Origin: Takakia lepidozioides
Lineage: Eukaryota; Plantae; Bryophyta
Reading direction: 5' to 3'
DNA: 64,000 bases
NCBI GenBank assembly: GCA_030704615.1
Contig: CM060733.1
Location: 17,174,001-17,238,000 of the forward strand
The first letter of the stretch is position 1. Every line of letters begins with the position of its first letter. Under the pieces are notes generated by a model that saw only the letters and a list, made by a program, of their open reading frames with translations, did not search any database and was not told where the DNA came from. Both the position numbers and the translations under genes were made by a program. This document shows positions 35,801 through 48,451 of this stretch, in pieces.

Positions 35801-37295
35801 CTACGATATCTGGACTCCCTTCATGAAATTTGAATGGACCTCCAAAGTCCACACCATAATTTGTACCATATTCTGACATCCATCCGCCATCAGATTGTGT
35901 TGGACGTTGTGTCATTGCAGCTAGCTCTGCTTCCACCCAAGGGGCCTTCGACCAACTGTCAATCTCCTTCATGCACTCATGTCGAGAGTCTGGTAGTTTT
36001 GCATGTTTCTGTGGAAACCATGGCAAACAGCTGAGCAGCCTTGTACAGTCCAAGAGACAAAGGCATCTTATCAAACAGCAGGCTACTGTGGACTAATGAC
36101 AGACTGCAGAATAGTCTCACCTCATCGAAACTGCTATCACACCACTGTGATAAATCTGAACTAAACTCCTGTTCTGTGCTCCTTGCTTGACCTGCATGCA
36201 ACATAACTGAAACATAAGATGTTTAGGAGCTCCCTCTTCACTGAGTTAAGAAATCCAAAGTCAAGGTAGGATCTCTCTCTCTCTCTCTAGGCTACGGCAA
36301 ACAACGTCTTATGAGTACAATCTCTAGGCTACGGGCTATGGGTTGATAACTCCAACCAGGCTAAGTCTCTAGAATCCATTGAAGTAGGGGTACTTAAGGA
36401 GTGTATGTCAGCATGCTCCAAAACAGCCAATGTGGCTGTTCGGGGTGAGTTTGGCATTCCGTCCTTAAGCTCCCGACGAGATGAATTCAAGGTCAGATGG
36501 TGGGGTCAGCTGCAACATATGCCCAACACCAGATATCCTAAGTTAATCGACTCTATATCTTGGAAACAGGACGGCCCGGTCAAACAGGCTAAGTCCTGGC
36601 AGAAGAGAGTAGAAGAGATTCTCAAGGACCTGGACCTGGATCCGCAAGCCTTGACCCTGCTGGATAAATCTGACTTAGAGGCTGTAGTGTCCTCAGCCAT
36701 GTCTGTTGCCATGAGATTGTCTGATGAAAATGAAGTTAGGCAGAAAACTTCCCTGAACTTGTTTCCAGTCAGTGACATGGGGGAGGACATCTTGGATGAC
36801 CTCAAGGGTCTACCCACTCTCGGCACTAGACTGAAATTTAAACTCAGGGCAGGAAGCCTACCTTTGAACAGCAAACAGAAGCAGAGAGGAAAGGGAGAGT
36901 GCAATTGCCCGCTGTGTGGGCAATCTGAAGACAGTATTCACTGTCTGATACACTGTCCGGGGTTCTCTCACCAAAGAGACGCTCTCTTCAACTCTATCAA
37001 GGGAATTGTGCCTGTACCCCTGTTTAACAACTTTGAAAGTCTCGAGGCTGAGCCAAAAGCCCAGGCCCTCCTGAGGCCTAGTTTTTGGGCAAATCACACA
37101 CAGCAGATTGATGCTTGTGTGAAGGGATTTCTAGAGGATATCTGGAAAACCCGGATTAATTCTATATATGATGGTAAGTCACACTACCAACGTCAGCCCC
37201 TGACAGAGGTAGGTTCTGTCCCTTTTGTTCCCGCTCAAACTGGGCGCGGGGTCAATGGCCACAAGGCTACGGCAAACAACGTCTTATGAGTACAA

Positions 37296-37326
<31 letters not shown>

Positions 37327-40300
37327 CTTGTCTCCCTGTCCTCTAGGAAGCCTATTGACATTGGGTGGACTTGAAACGGGAGTACATTAATGTCTCTGTG
37401 ACTAAATGCCGGCCTTGTGACCTCGTGTCCTTGTTTGTTTCGACCTGAAGCGCTTTGCTTCAGGTAAGGTAGTGCATTGGATTTAGTTGGAAAGCTTGGG
37501 GCCTTTCCCTCTTTAGAATATGCCTACACGGGCCATTCCCTGCAACTCCCTGGAGTGTGATCTCTGAATGGTAACAAGCGGACTCCTACCGCTTGGGGGC
37601 AGCCCCTTCGCCCAAATTGGGCAGTTGTATGCTCTGTCTAGCATACTCGGCACTTGGGGCTCGGGTTGGTTCCTGTGCTTAAACTTATGGCCTGCGAAAA
37701 CAATCAAAAATTTAGCTCCTATCAACATCAACACTCCTCAGGGTGATCCCTGGGAATTGGTTACTTATGCCAAATCTAGGGCTTCATATTGAGCATCTTC
37801 ATCCTAGCCAATAGTCCCCCATCGTTCCCATGATGTAACCAAGAAACATGTATGGAATAAATTGCAGGGACAACTCAACCTATTTTCACATTGGTACCAG
37901 GGCCTTCCTATGTAGCAATGCAGAATCTCAGTGGGTAAAACAAAAATTTAATGTCACTCCCTTGCATTCACACTACACCTGCTCCAATCAGAGACCGGAA
38001 ATATCTCTGAAAGTGCACAATCTCTACACAGTGCAAGTCAGACTTAGAGAGGTTATGGTAAAGCTGCACAGGGGCATGTGCGATGACTCTGGCACCCAAA
38101 TCTGCACATCTAATCCCTACTTTGTGAGGGCCCAATTACGGACCAGGCACACCAAGAGGCCCCATGGCAAACATGATTTTCTAATCCCAGGATGGACGAT
38201 GTGTCCTTTAAAACTACATGCTCTAGCTTAGGCTTGGATTTCATGGCTAATGGTACCATCTCGAGACTTGATAACAGGGGTATGTTGAAGGTTGCAATGA
38301 CCAAAAGTGCTTCTAATAGAGTCCCGCATCAATTCAATCTCAAAGAAGTTCGTCCCTTGACTGGCTGGAGAGCGGTCTTAGACATCGGGGATTCAATGGG
38401 GCGCTCTAGGAAGACAACCAAGGGCAACAACTTCAACTTGAGAGTTTGTAATTGGTTTGATGCTCTGGATGAGGTTGAATCCAAACAGCCAGAAGGACAA
38501 GATGCCCCTAAGTGTACGGAACCTGAACGTCCTGAATCTGAAGGATTTGGTACTCTGAATGGCTTACCAATCCTCAAGGTTTACACAAGACGAACAAATT
38601 CTAAACACGGGCTAATTGTCCCCAAGCCGTCAGATGGACAATCTGTCCTTAAGTGTGCAGAGCCTGAACGTCGTGTAACTGAAGGATTTGGTACTCTAAA
38701 TGGTTTACCAATCCTCAAAGTCTACACAAGACGAGCAAAATCTATACACGGGGTAATTGTCCCCAAGCAGTCTGACGGACAATCTGTCCCTATGTGTGCG
38801 GAGCCTGTGCGTCGTGTAACTGAAAGATTTGGTACCCTGAATGGTTTACCAATTCTCAAAGTTTACACAAGACGAGCAAAATTTACACATGGGGTAACTG
38901 TCACCCCTTTGCAGAACGGTTGGCCGTCCAGGAGCAATCACAAGCTACCTAGACGACAAACAATTCACACGCAAAGGGCTGGCTTGCGGCTAGCCACTTT
39001 CAACTTCTCAGGGTTGACCAACCAAAGGAAACAACTTGAAGTGGGACAAGTTCTTCGGACTAATGATATTCATATCTGTGCTGGGCAAGAAACATGGGAA
39101 AAGTCGGATAAACTGGTTGGAGATGTCATTGGTTATAAATGGGCAGGTAAGATGTGTACTCTCAAGGCAGCCTCTGCCAAACGCAGTCAAAAAGGGGTCG
39201 GATTCTTTGTCCGTGATTTCTTGTTTGACAATTGTGAAATTATCAACAAGGGTTTGAGGTACGAGCATAGTATCTGGCTAAAACTGAATTTGAAGGGCGG
39301 CATGAGTACGAAGGACCTCTTTGTTGGTTGTGTTTACATGCCCACAGAGGGGAGCCTTAGTGCTGACGCAGACAAGGCCTTCGAAGATGTACAGCTGGAC
39401 TGTGCTTCGTTCCTTGCCAAAGGTCAGGTGGTACTATTGGGGGACTTCAATGCCCTGGTGGGCAAAGGGATCCATCAGGACGATATCATTGGACCTTTTG
39501 GTGAGGACGAGCTGAATTCTAATGGCAGACGGTTAATTAACTGTCTAGAAGAGCTTCAGCTTTTGACCTTGAATAACAGGACAAGAGGTGACCAAGTGCA
39601 GTGGACTCGTGAGAAACCCCAAACTGGGGAACGTTCCATTGTGGACAATATCATAATGGACAAAATTTTGTTCCCCCAGTGTGCCAATGTGTTGATCGAC
39701 AGAACTGATATTGGTACCTCTGACCACTTCCTGGTTTGGACTGAGATCAAAAGGTGTTTTCCCACCACCAAGAGATCTGTGAAACGTTCGATTCGGAAGT
39801 GGCGCAAAGAAAAATTCCACAATGAGGAGGTCAGGCTGAGTACGTCCAGGCCTTGCAAGAGGCTCTCCCTCATTTTGTCCAATCGCTCCAAGAACTTCAG
39901 TCACGCTCTGTTAACGCAAGAAATGAAGTCGAAAGAGCAGTGGACCCTTGGGAGAGTTTCGTTTCCTCCGTGGCTGACAAGATCATTGGGAGGAAACTAA
40001 TTGTCTGCAGTAGAGCAGTTAATTGGTGGACTAATGAGATTAAACTCAAGATAGCTGAGAGACGAGCCCTCTATAAAGAGTGCTGCAATTTGGAAACCAG
40101 CAGAGAATTGTGGGCGAGGTACTACCAGCTCCGTAAAGATATCAATCAGCTTGTTAGGTCTCAGAAGAAATTATACTGGGACAAGTTATACAGTGAAATA
40201 AACTCAAACCACCATGGTGGTAATGACAAGAAATTCTGGTTGGCCCTTCAACGTTTGTACAAACCGAAAAACGGTCAGCAAGTACAAGCGCTGAAGACTA

Positions 40301-43300
40301 CTAAAGGTGCAGTGGTGACATCATCGGTTGACATTGTCAAAACCCTTTGAACCTCACTACAGTATCCTTGGCAGAACTTCTAGGTCTAACAGTGAGGGGT
40401 CTTCTGCTGAATGGAGGGACACAGTTGGAAAAACTGTTCCTATGATTCAAAACAGCCCTGATGAACTGGAGTATATTTCAATGGCTTATAATGCTCCCAT
40501 TAGTTCTTCTGAGATTGTGGAAGCAATTGAACATTTAAATGGATATAAAGCTGGTGGACCTGATGGTATTGTCAACGAGCTTATCAAGCACGGTGGCGAT
40601 CCCATGATAGAGGCCCTAGTTCTCCTCTTTAACCTTATCTGGAAGACTGAAATGATCCCCTTTCGCTGGCGACAGGGGGTCATTGTCAATCTATACAAGA
40701 AGGGTGACAGAGAAGAACAGGGGAACTACCGTGCCATCACGCTCCTCAATGCTGTTGGCAAGACATTCTGCAGAGTTATAAGTACTCGTCTCGAGGTTGA
40801 TCTGGAGTCTAGAGGTTGTTACCACGAAGGCCAAGCTGGCTTTCGGCGAAACAGGGGCTGTGTGGATCATATCTTCACTCTAAGCCAGATTATCCAGGGA
40901 AGGAAAAAAGAAGGGAAACCCACTTATGTCTTTTTCCTGGATGTCAAAAAGGCTTATGGCACAGTGTGGAGAGATGGCCTATGGTTCCGCCTCTGGTCTT
41001 GTGGGATCAAGGGAAAGATGTGGAGAGTTGTCCACAACTTGTATGCTCACACCAAAAGCTGTGTCACTGTTAACGGACAGAAGTCCAACTTCTTTGACAT
41101 AGACGAAGGTGTAGCTCAAGGATGTACTCTCTCCCCTCTGCTCTTCAATGTTTTCATCAATCAACTCCTCGAGGATGTGGAAAGTGAGGGATTTGGGTTT
41201 AAGGGTGGGTGATACCACCATACCAGCCCTTATGTTTGCGGATGACTTCGCAGGCATAGGGGAGACTCCAACCAATCTCCAGGAGTTGATTGATTGCGCG
41301 AAGAGATACTTTGATCTTTGGGGGCTAGAGGCTAATGTCAGCAAATGTGCAGTGGTAGCATGCAACGACAGAGGAGAGGGAGGAAGTGATCTTAAGTGGC
41401 AGTGGGGTAGCCAAGAGATCCCGGTCCTCCCTTCCTACACTTACCTGGGCGTTGAGTTCTCCTCCAATTGTAATTGGGATGCACATATCCGGAAAGTTGT
41501 TCAAACTGGCAAGGGCAAAGCTCTGGGGCTCACTAAATTTTTCCACTGCAGAGGGGTCAACTCTGAGGTTAAGAAAACCATGCTTTGTCGCGTTATTAGA
41601 CCTGCCTTGGAGTACGGATCTGCTATATGGGTTGATAACTCCAACCAGGCTAAGTCTCTAGAATCCATTCAAGTGGGGGTGCTTAAGGAGTGTATGTCAG
41701 CATGCTCCAAAACAGCCAATGTGGCTGTTCGGGGTGAGTTTGGCATTCCGTCCTTAAGCTCCCGACGAGATGAATTCAAGGTCAGATGGTGGGGTCAGCT
41801 GCAACATATGCCCAACACCAGATATCCTAAATTAATCGACTCTATATCTTGGAAACAGGACCGCCCTGTCAAACAGGCTAAGTCCTGGCAGAAGAGAGTA
41901 GAAGAGATCCTCAAGGACCTGGACCTGGATCCGCAAGTCTCGACCCTGCTGGATAAATCTGACTTAGAGGCTGTAGTGTCCTCAGCCATGTCTGTTGCCA
42001 TGAGATTGTCTGATGAAAATGAAGTTAGGCAGAAAACTTTCCTGAACTTGTTTCCAGTCTGTGACATGGGGAGGACATCTTGGATGACCTCAAGGGTCTA
42101 CCCACGCTCGGCACTAGACTGAAATTTAAACTCGGGGCAGGAGCCTACCTTTGAACAGCAAACAGAGCAGAGAGGAAAGGGAGAGTGCAATTGCCCGTTG
42201 TGTGGGCAATCTGAAGACAGTATTCATTTTCTGATACACTGTCTGGGGTTCTCTCACCAAAGAGACGCTCTCTTCAAATCTATTAAGGGAATTGTGCCTG
42301 TACCCCTGTTTACCAACTTTGAAAGTCTCGAGGCTGAGCCAAAAGCCCAGGCCCTCCTGAGGCCTAGTTTTTGGGCAAATCACACACAGCAGATTGATGC
42401 TTGTGTGAAGGGATTTCTAGAGGATATCTGGAAAACCCGGATTAATTCTATATATGGAGGTAAGTCTTACTACCAACGTCAGCCCCTGACAGAGGTAGGT
42501 TCTGTCCCTTTTGTTCCCGCTCAAACTGGGCGCGGGGTCAATGGCCACAAGGCTACGGCAAACAACGTCTTATGAGTACAATCTCTCTCTTCTCCCTGTC
42601 CTCTAGGAAGCCTATTGCCATTGGGTGGACTTGATACGGGAGTACATTAATGTCTCTGTGACTAAATGCCGGCCTTGTGACCTCGAGTCCTTGTTTGTTT
42701 CGACCTGAAGCGCTTTGCTCCAGGTAAGGTAGTGCATTGGATTTAGTTGGAAAGCTTGGGGCCTTTCCCTCTTTGAATATGCCTACACGGGCCATTCCCT
42801 GCAACTCCCTGGAGTGTGATCTCTGAATGGTAACAAGCAGACCCCTACCGCTTGGGGGCAGCCCCTCCGCCCAAATTGGGCAGTTGTATGCTCTGTCTAG
42901 CATACTCGGCACTTGGGCTCGGGTTGGTTCCTGTGCTTAAACTTATAGCCTGCGACTACAATCAAAATTTTAGCTCCTATCAACATCAACACTCCTCAGG
43001 GTGATTCCTGGGAATTGGTTACTCATGCCAAATCTAGGGCTTCATGTGTAGTTTTTGGGGTGAATCCCAGGATGGACGATGTGTCCTTTAAAACTACATG
43101 CTCTAGCTTAGGCTTGGATTTCATGGCTAATGGTACCATCTCGTGTTACTGAAGGATTTGGTACCCTGAATGGTTTACCAATTCTCAAAGTTTACACAAG
43201 ACGAGCACAACAATTCACATGCAAAGGGCTGGCTTGCGGCTGGCCACTTTCAACTTCTCAGGGTTGACCAACCAAAGGAAACAACTCGAAGTGGGACAAG

Positions 43301-46300
43301 TTCTTCGGACTAATGATATTCATATCTGTGCTGGGCAAGAAACATGGGAAATGTCAGATAAACTGGTTGGAGATGTCAATGGTTATAAATGGGCAGGTAA
43401 GATGTGTACTCTCAAGGCAGCCTCTGCCAAACGCGGTCAAAAAGGGGTTGGATTCTTTGTCCATGATTTCTTGTTTGACAATTGTGAAATTATCAACAAG
43501 GGTTTGAGGTACGAGCATAGTATCTGGCTAAAACTGAATCTGAAGGGCGGCATGAGTACGAAGGACCTCTTTGTGGGTTGTGTTTACATGCCCGCAGAGG
43601 GGACCCTTAGTGCTGACGCAGACAAAGCCTTCGAAGATGTAAAGCTGGACTGTGCTTCGTTCCTTGCCAAAGGTCAGGTGGTGCTATTGGGTGACTTCAA
43701 TGCCCGGGTGGGCAAAGGGCTCCATCAGGACGATATCATTGGGCCTTTTGGTGAGGACGAGCTGAATTCTAATGGCAGACGGTTGATTAACTGTCTAGAA
43801 GAGCTTCAGCTTTTGACCTTGAATAACAGGACAAAAGGTGACCAAGTGCAGTGGACTCGTGAGAAATCCCAAACTGGGGAATGTTCCATTGTGGACTATA
43901 TCATAATGGACAAAAATTTGTTCCCCAAGTGTGCCAATGTGTTGATCGACAGAACTGATATTGGTACCTCTGACCACTTCCTGGTTTGGACTGAGATCAA
44001 AAGGTGTTTTCACAACACCAAGAGATCTGTGAAACGTTCGATTCGGAAGTGGCGCAAAGAAAAATTCCATAATGAGAAGGTCAAGGCTGAGTACGTCCAG
44101 GCCTTGCAAGAGGCTCTCCCTCATTTTGTCCAATCGCTCCAAGAACTTCAGTCTCGCTCTGATAACGCAAGAAATGAAGTCGAAAGAGCAGTGGACTCTT
44201 GGGAGAGTTTCGTTTCCTCCGTGGCTGACAAGATCATTGGGAGGAAACTAATTGTCTGCGGTAGAGCTGTTAATTGGTAGACCAATGAGATTAAACTCAA
44301 GATAGCTGAGAGACGAGCCCTCTATAAAGAGTGCTGCAATTTGAAAACCAACAGAGAATTGTGGGCGAGGTACTACCAGCTCCGTAAAGATATCAATCAG
44401 CTTGTTAGGTCTCAGAAGAAATTATACTGGGACAAGTTATACAGTGAAATAAACTCAAACCACCATGGTGGTAATGACAAGAAATTCTGGTTGGCCCTTC
44501 AACGTTTGTACAAGCCGAAAAACGGTCAGCAAGTACAAGCGCTGAAGAGTGGTGAACATGGTGGGGTCAGCTGCAACATATGCCCAACACCAGATATCCT
44601 AAGTTAATCGACTCTATATCTTGGAAAAGGACCGCCCGGTCAAACAGGCTAAGTCCTGGCAGAAGAGAGTAGAAGAGATTCTCAAGGACCTGGACCTGGA
44701 TCCGCAAGTCTCGACCCTGCTGGATAAATCTGACTTAGAGGCTGTAGTGTCCAAAGCCATGTCTGTTGCCATGAGATTGTCTGATGAAAATGAAGTTAGG
44801 CAGAAAACTTCCCTGAACTTGTTTCCAGTCAGTGACTTGGGGGAGGACATCTTGGATGACCTCAAGGGTCTACCCACTCTCGGCACTAGACTGAAATTTA
44901 AACTGAGGGCAGGAAGCCTACCTTTGAACAGCAAACAGAAGCAGAGAGGAAAGGGAGAGTGCAATTGCCCATTGTGTGGGCAATCTGAAGACAGTATTCA
45001 TTTTCTGATACACTGTCCGAGGTTCTCTCACCAAAGAGACGCTCTCTTCAAATCTATCAAGGGAATTGTGCCTGTACCCCTGTTTACCAACTTTGAAAGT
45101 CTCGAGGCTGAGCCAAAAGCCCAGGCCCTCCTGAGGCCTAGTTTTTGGGCAAATCACACACGGCAGATTGATGCTTGTGTGAAGGGATTTCTAGAGGATA
45201 ACTGGAAAACCCGGATTAACTCTATATATGAAGGTAAGTCTTACTACCAACGTCAGCCCCTGACAGAGGTAGGTTCTGTCCCTTTTGTTCCCGCTCAAAC
45301 TGGGCACGGGGTCAATGGCCACAAGGCTACGGCAAACAACGTCTTATGAGTACAATCTCTCTCTGTCTCTCATGTGTTATTCTGAAAATTGCATGGTTTC
45401 TTAGACAGAACTGATTAGTCTTTCTGTCACAACTCCGTTCATTCCTTTGCTTGACCTAGTCACCAACAATCTCCACGATTTATGGAGTAAAGTTAGCATC
45501 TTCCACTGGACTCTTTGTATAGATGAGTCAGTGGTACTCCTAACTTCCAGCAACTTGACCCTAAAAAGGTAATGGCTGCTTGACATTCCTACAACGTAGC
45601 CACCTACCTCTCAAAATAGAGTCTAAGGTAATCCTGTGACATCAAGGCCATGTGCCACCTAAGGAATGTTGGTTGGTTGTTCGTCCAGGAGCAATCATAG
45701 TCTATCTAGACGGCAAACAATCAACAAGCAATGGGCTGGTTTGCAGCTGGGCACTTTCAACTTCTCAGGGCTGTCTAACCAAAGGAAACAATTTGAAGTG
45801 GGACAAGTTCTTCAGGCAAATGGTATTCATATCTGTGCTGGCAAGAGACATGGGAAACTTCGAACAAACTGGTTGGAGATGTCGAGGGTTGTAAGTGGGT
45901 TTGGTAAGATGTGTGCACTTAAGGCAGCCTCTGCCAAGCCTGGTCAAAAAGGTGTTGGCTTCTTTGTCCGAGATTTCTTGTGTGACAATTGTGAAATTAT
46001 TTACAACGATTTGCAGTATGAGCACAGTATCTGGCTGAAACTGAAATTGAAGGGCAGCGTGAGTAGGAAGGACCTCTTTGTGGGTTGTGTTTACATGCCC
46101 ACAGAGGGGACCCTTAGTGCTGACGCAGATAAAGCCTTCAAAGACATAAAGCTGGACTGTGCTAAGTTCTTCGCCAAAGGTCAGGTGGTCTTACTGGGTG
46201 ACTTCAATGCCCGGGTGGGTAAAGGTCTTCACCGGGATGATACCATTGGGCCTTTTGGTGAGGACGAGCTGAATTCTAATGGAAGACAGTTCATAAACTG

Positions 46301-48397
46301 TCTGGAAGAACCTCAGCTTTTGACCTTGAATAATAGGTCAAAAGGAAACCTTGTGCAGTGGACTCGTGAGAAAGCCCAAACTGGGGAACAATCCATTGTG
46401 GATTATATCATAGTGGACAAGATTTGTTTCCACATAGTGCCAATGTGTTGATCGACAGAACTGATCTTAGTACCTCTGACCACTTTCTGTGGACTGAGAT
46501 CAAAAGGTGTTTCCTCAACACCAAGAGATCTGTGAAATGTTCGATTCAGAAGTGGCACATAGAAAAATCCCAAAATGAAGAGGTCCAGGAGTATGTCCAG
46601 GAGGCAAGAGGCTCTCCCTCACTTTGTCCATTCGCTCCAAGATCTTCAGTCTAGCTTTGGCAGTGTAATCGTCTGCGGTAGAGCTGTTAATTGGTGGACC
46701 AATGAGATCAAACTCAAGACAGCCAAGAGACGAGTCCTCTATAAAGAGTGCTGCATTATGAAAGTCAACGAAGAATTGTGGGCTAGGTACTACCAGATCC
46801 TCATGACAAGAGATTCTGGTTAGCCCTTCAACGTCTGTACAAGCCAAACAATTGTCAGAACTAAGAACTACTAAGGGTGCCGTGAGGACTTCAATGGTTG
46901 ACGTTGTGAAAACCTTTGAAATTCACTACAGTATCCTTGGCAGAAATTGTAGGTCTAACAGTGAGGGGTCTTCTGAAGAATGGAAGGACAAAGTTGAAAA
47001 AACTGTTCCTATGAACTGGAGTACTATTTTAAAGAGTTACAGAGTGGTCCATAACTTGTATGCTCACACCTGTTAATGGACAGAAGTCTAACTTCTTTGA
47101 CATAGCTCAAGGATGTACTCTCCCCCCTCTGCTCTTCAATGTTTTCATCAATCAACTTGGAAAGTGAGGGATTTGGGTTAAGGGTGGGTGATGCCACCAT
47201 ACCAGCCCTTATATTTGCGGATGACTTCGCAGGCATAAGGGAGACTCCCTCCAATCTTCAGGAGTTGCACAAAGAGATGCTTTGACCTTTAGGGGCTAGA
47301 GGCCTACGTCAGTAAATGCGCAGTGGTGGCAGTCAACGACCGAGGGGAGGGAGGAGGCGACCTCAAGTGGCAGTGGGGAAACCAAGAGGTTCCTGTCCTC
47401 CCTTCCTACACATACTTGGTGTTGAGTTTTCCTCCAACTGTAATTGGGATGCACATATTCAAAAAGTTGTTCAATCTGGCAAGCGCAAAGCATTGGGGTC
47501 TCACTAAATTTTTCCACTGCAAAGGGATCCACTCTGAAGGAAAAAAAACCATGCTTTGCCGCATTATTGGCCTGCCTTGGGTTGCTAACTCCAACCAGGC
47601 TAAGTCTCTAGAATCCATTCAAGTGGGGGTGCTCAAGGAGTGCATGTCAGCATGCTCCAAAACAGCTAATGTGGCTGTTCGGGTGATTTTGGCATTCCTC
47701 CCTTGACGGGATGAATTCAAGGTCAGATGGTGGGGTCAGCTGCAACGTATGACTAATATCAGATATCCTACGTTAATCACCTCTAAATCTTGGAAGCAGG
47801 ATTGCCCTGTCAAACAGGCTAAGACCTGGCGGAAGAGGGTATAATAGATTTTCAAGGACCTGAAGCTAAGTCCACAAGTTTTGACCCTGCTGGATAAATC
47901 TGACTGAGGCTTTAGTATCTACAGCCATGTCTGTTGCCAGGAAATTGTCTAATGAAACTGAAGTTAGGCACGAAAGTTCCCTGAACTTGTTTCCAGTCTG
48001 TAACATGGGTGAGGCCCTCATGGATGACCTCAAGGGTTTACCCACTCTCACACTAGACGGAAATCCTTTGAACAGAAAACAGATGCAGAGAGGGAAGGGG
48101 GATTGCAAATGCCAGTTATGTGGGCAACCTGAAGACAGTATCCACTTTCTGATTCATTGTCCTGGGTACTCTCACCAGAGAGACGCCCTCTTCATCAAGG
48201 GAATCCATCAAGCGATTTGTTCCTGACTGTTTACCAACTTTGAAAATCTCAAGGCTGAGCGAAAAGTCCAGGCCATTTTGGGGCCTAGTTATTGGGCAAA
48301 TCACACACAGCAGATTGATGCTTGTGTCATTTGTGTTCCGCTCAAAATGGGTGCTGGCCACAAGGCTACGGCAAACAACGTCTTACGAGTACACACA

Positions 48398-48451
<54 letters not shown>

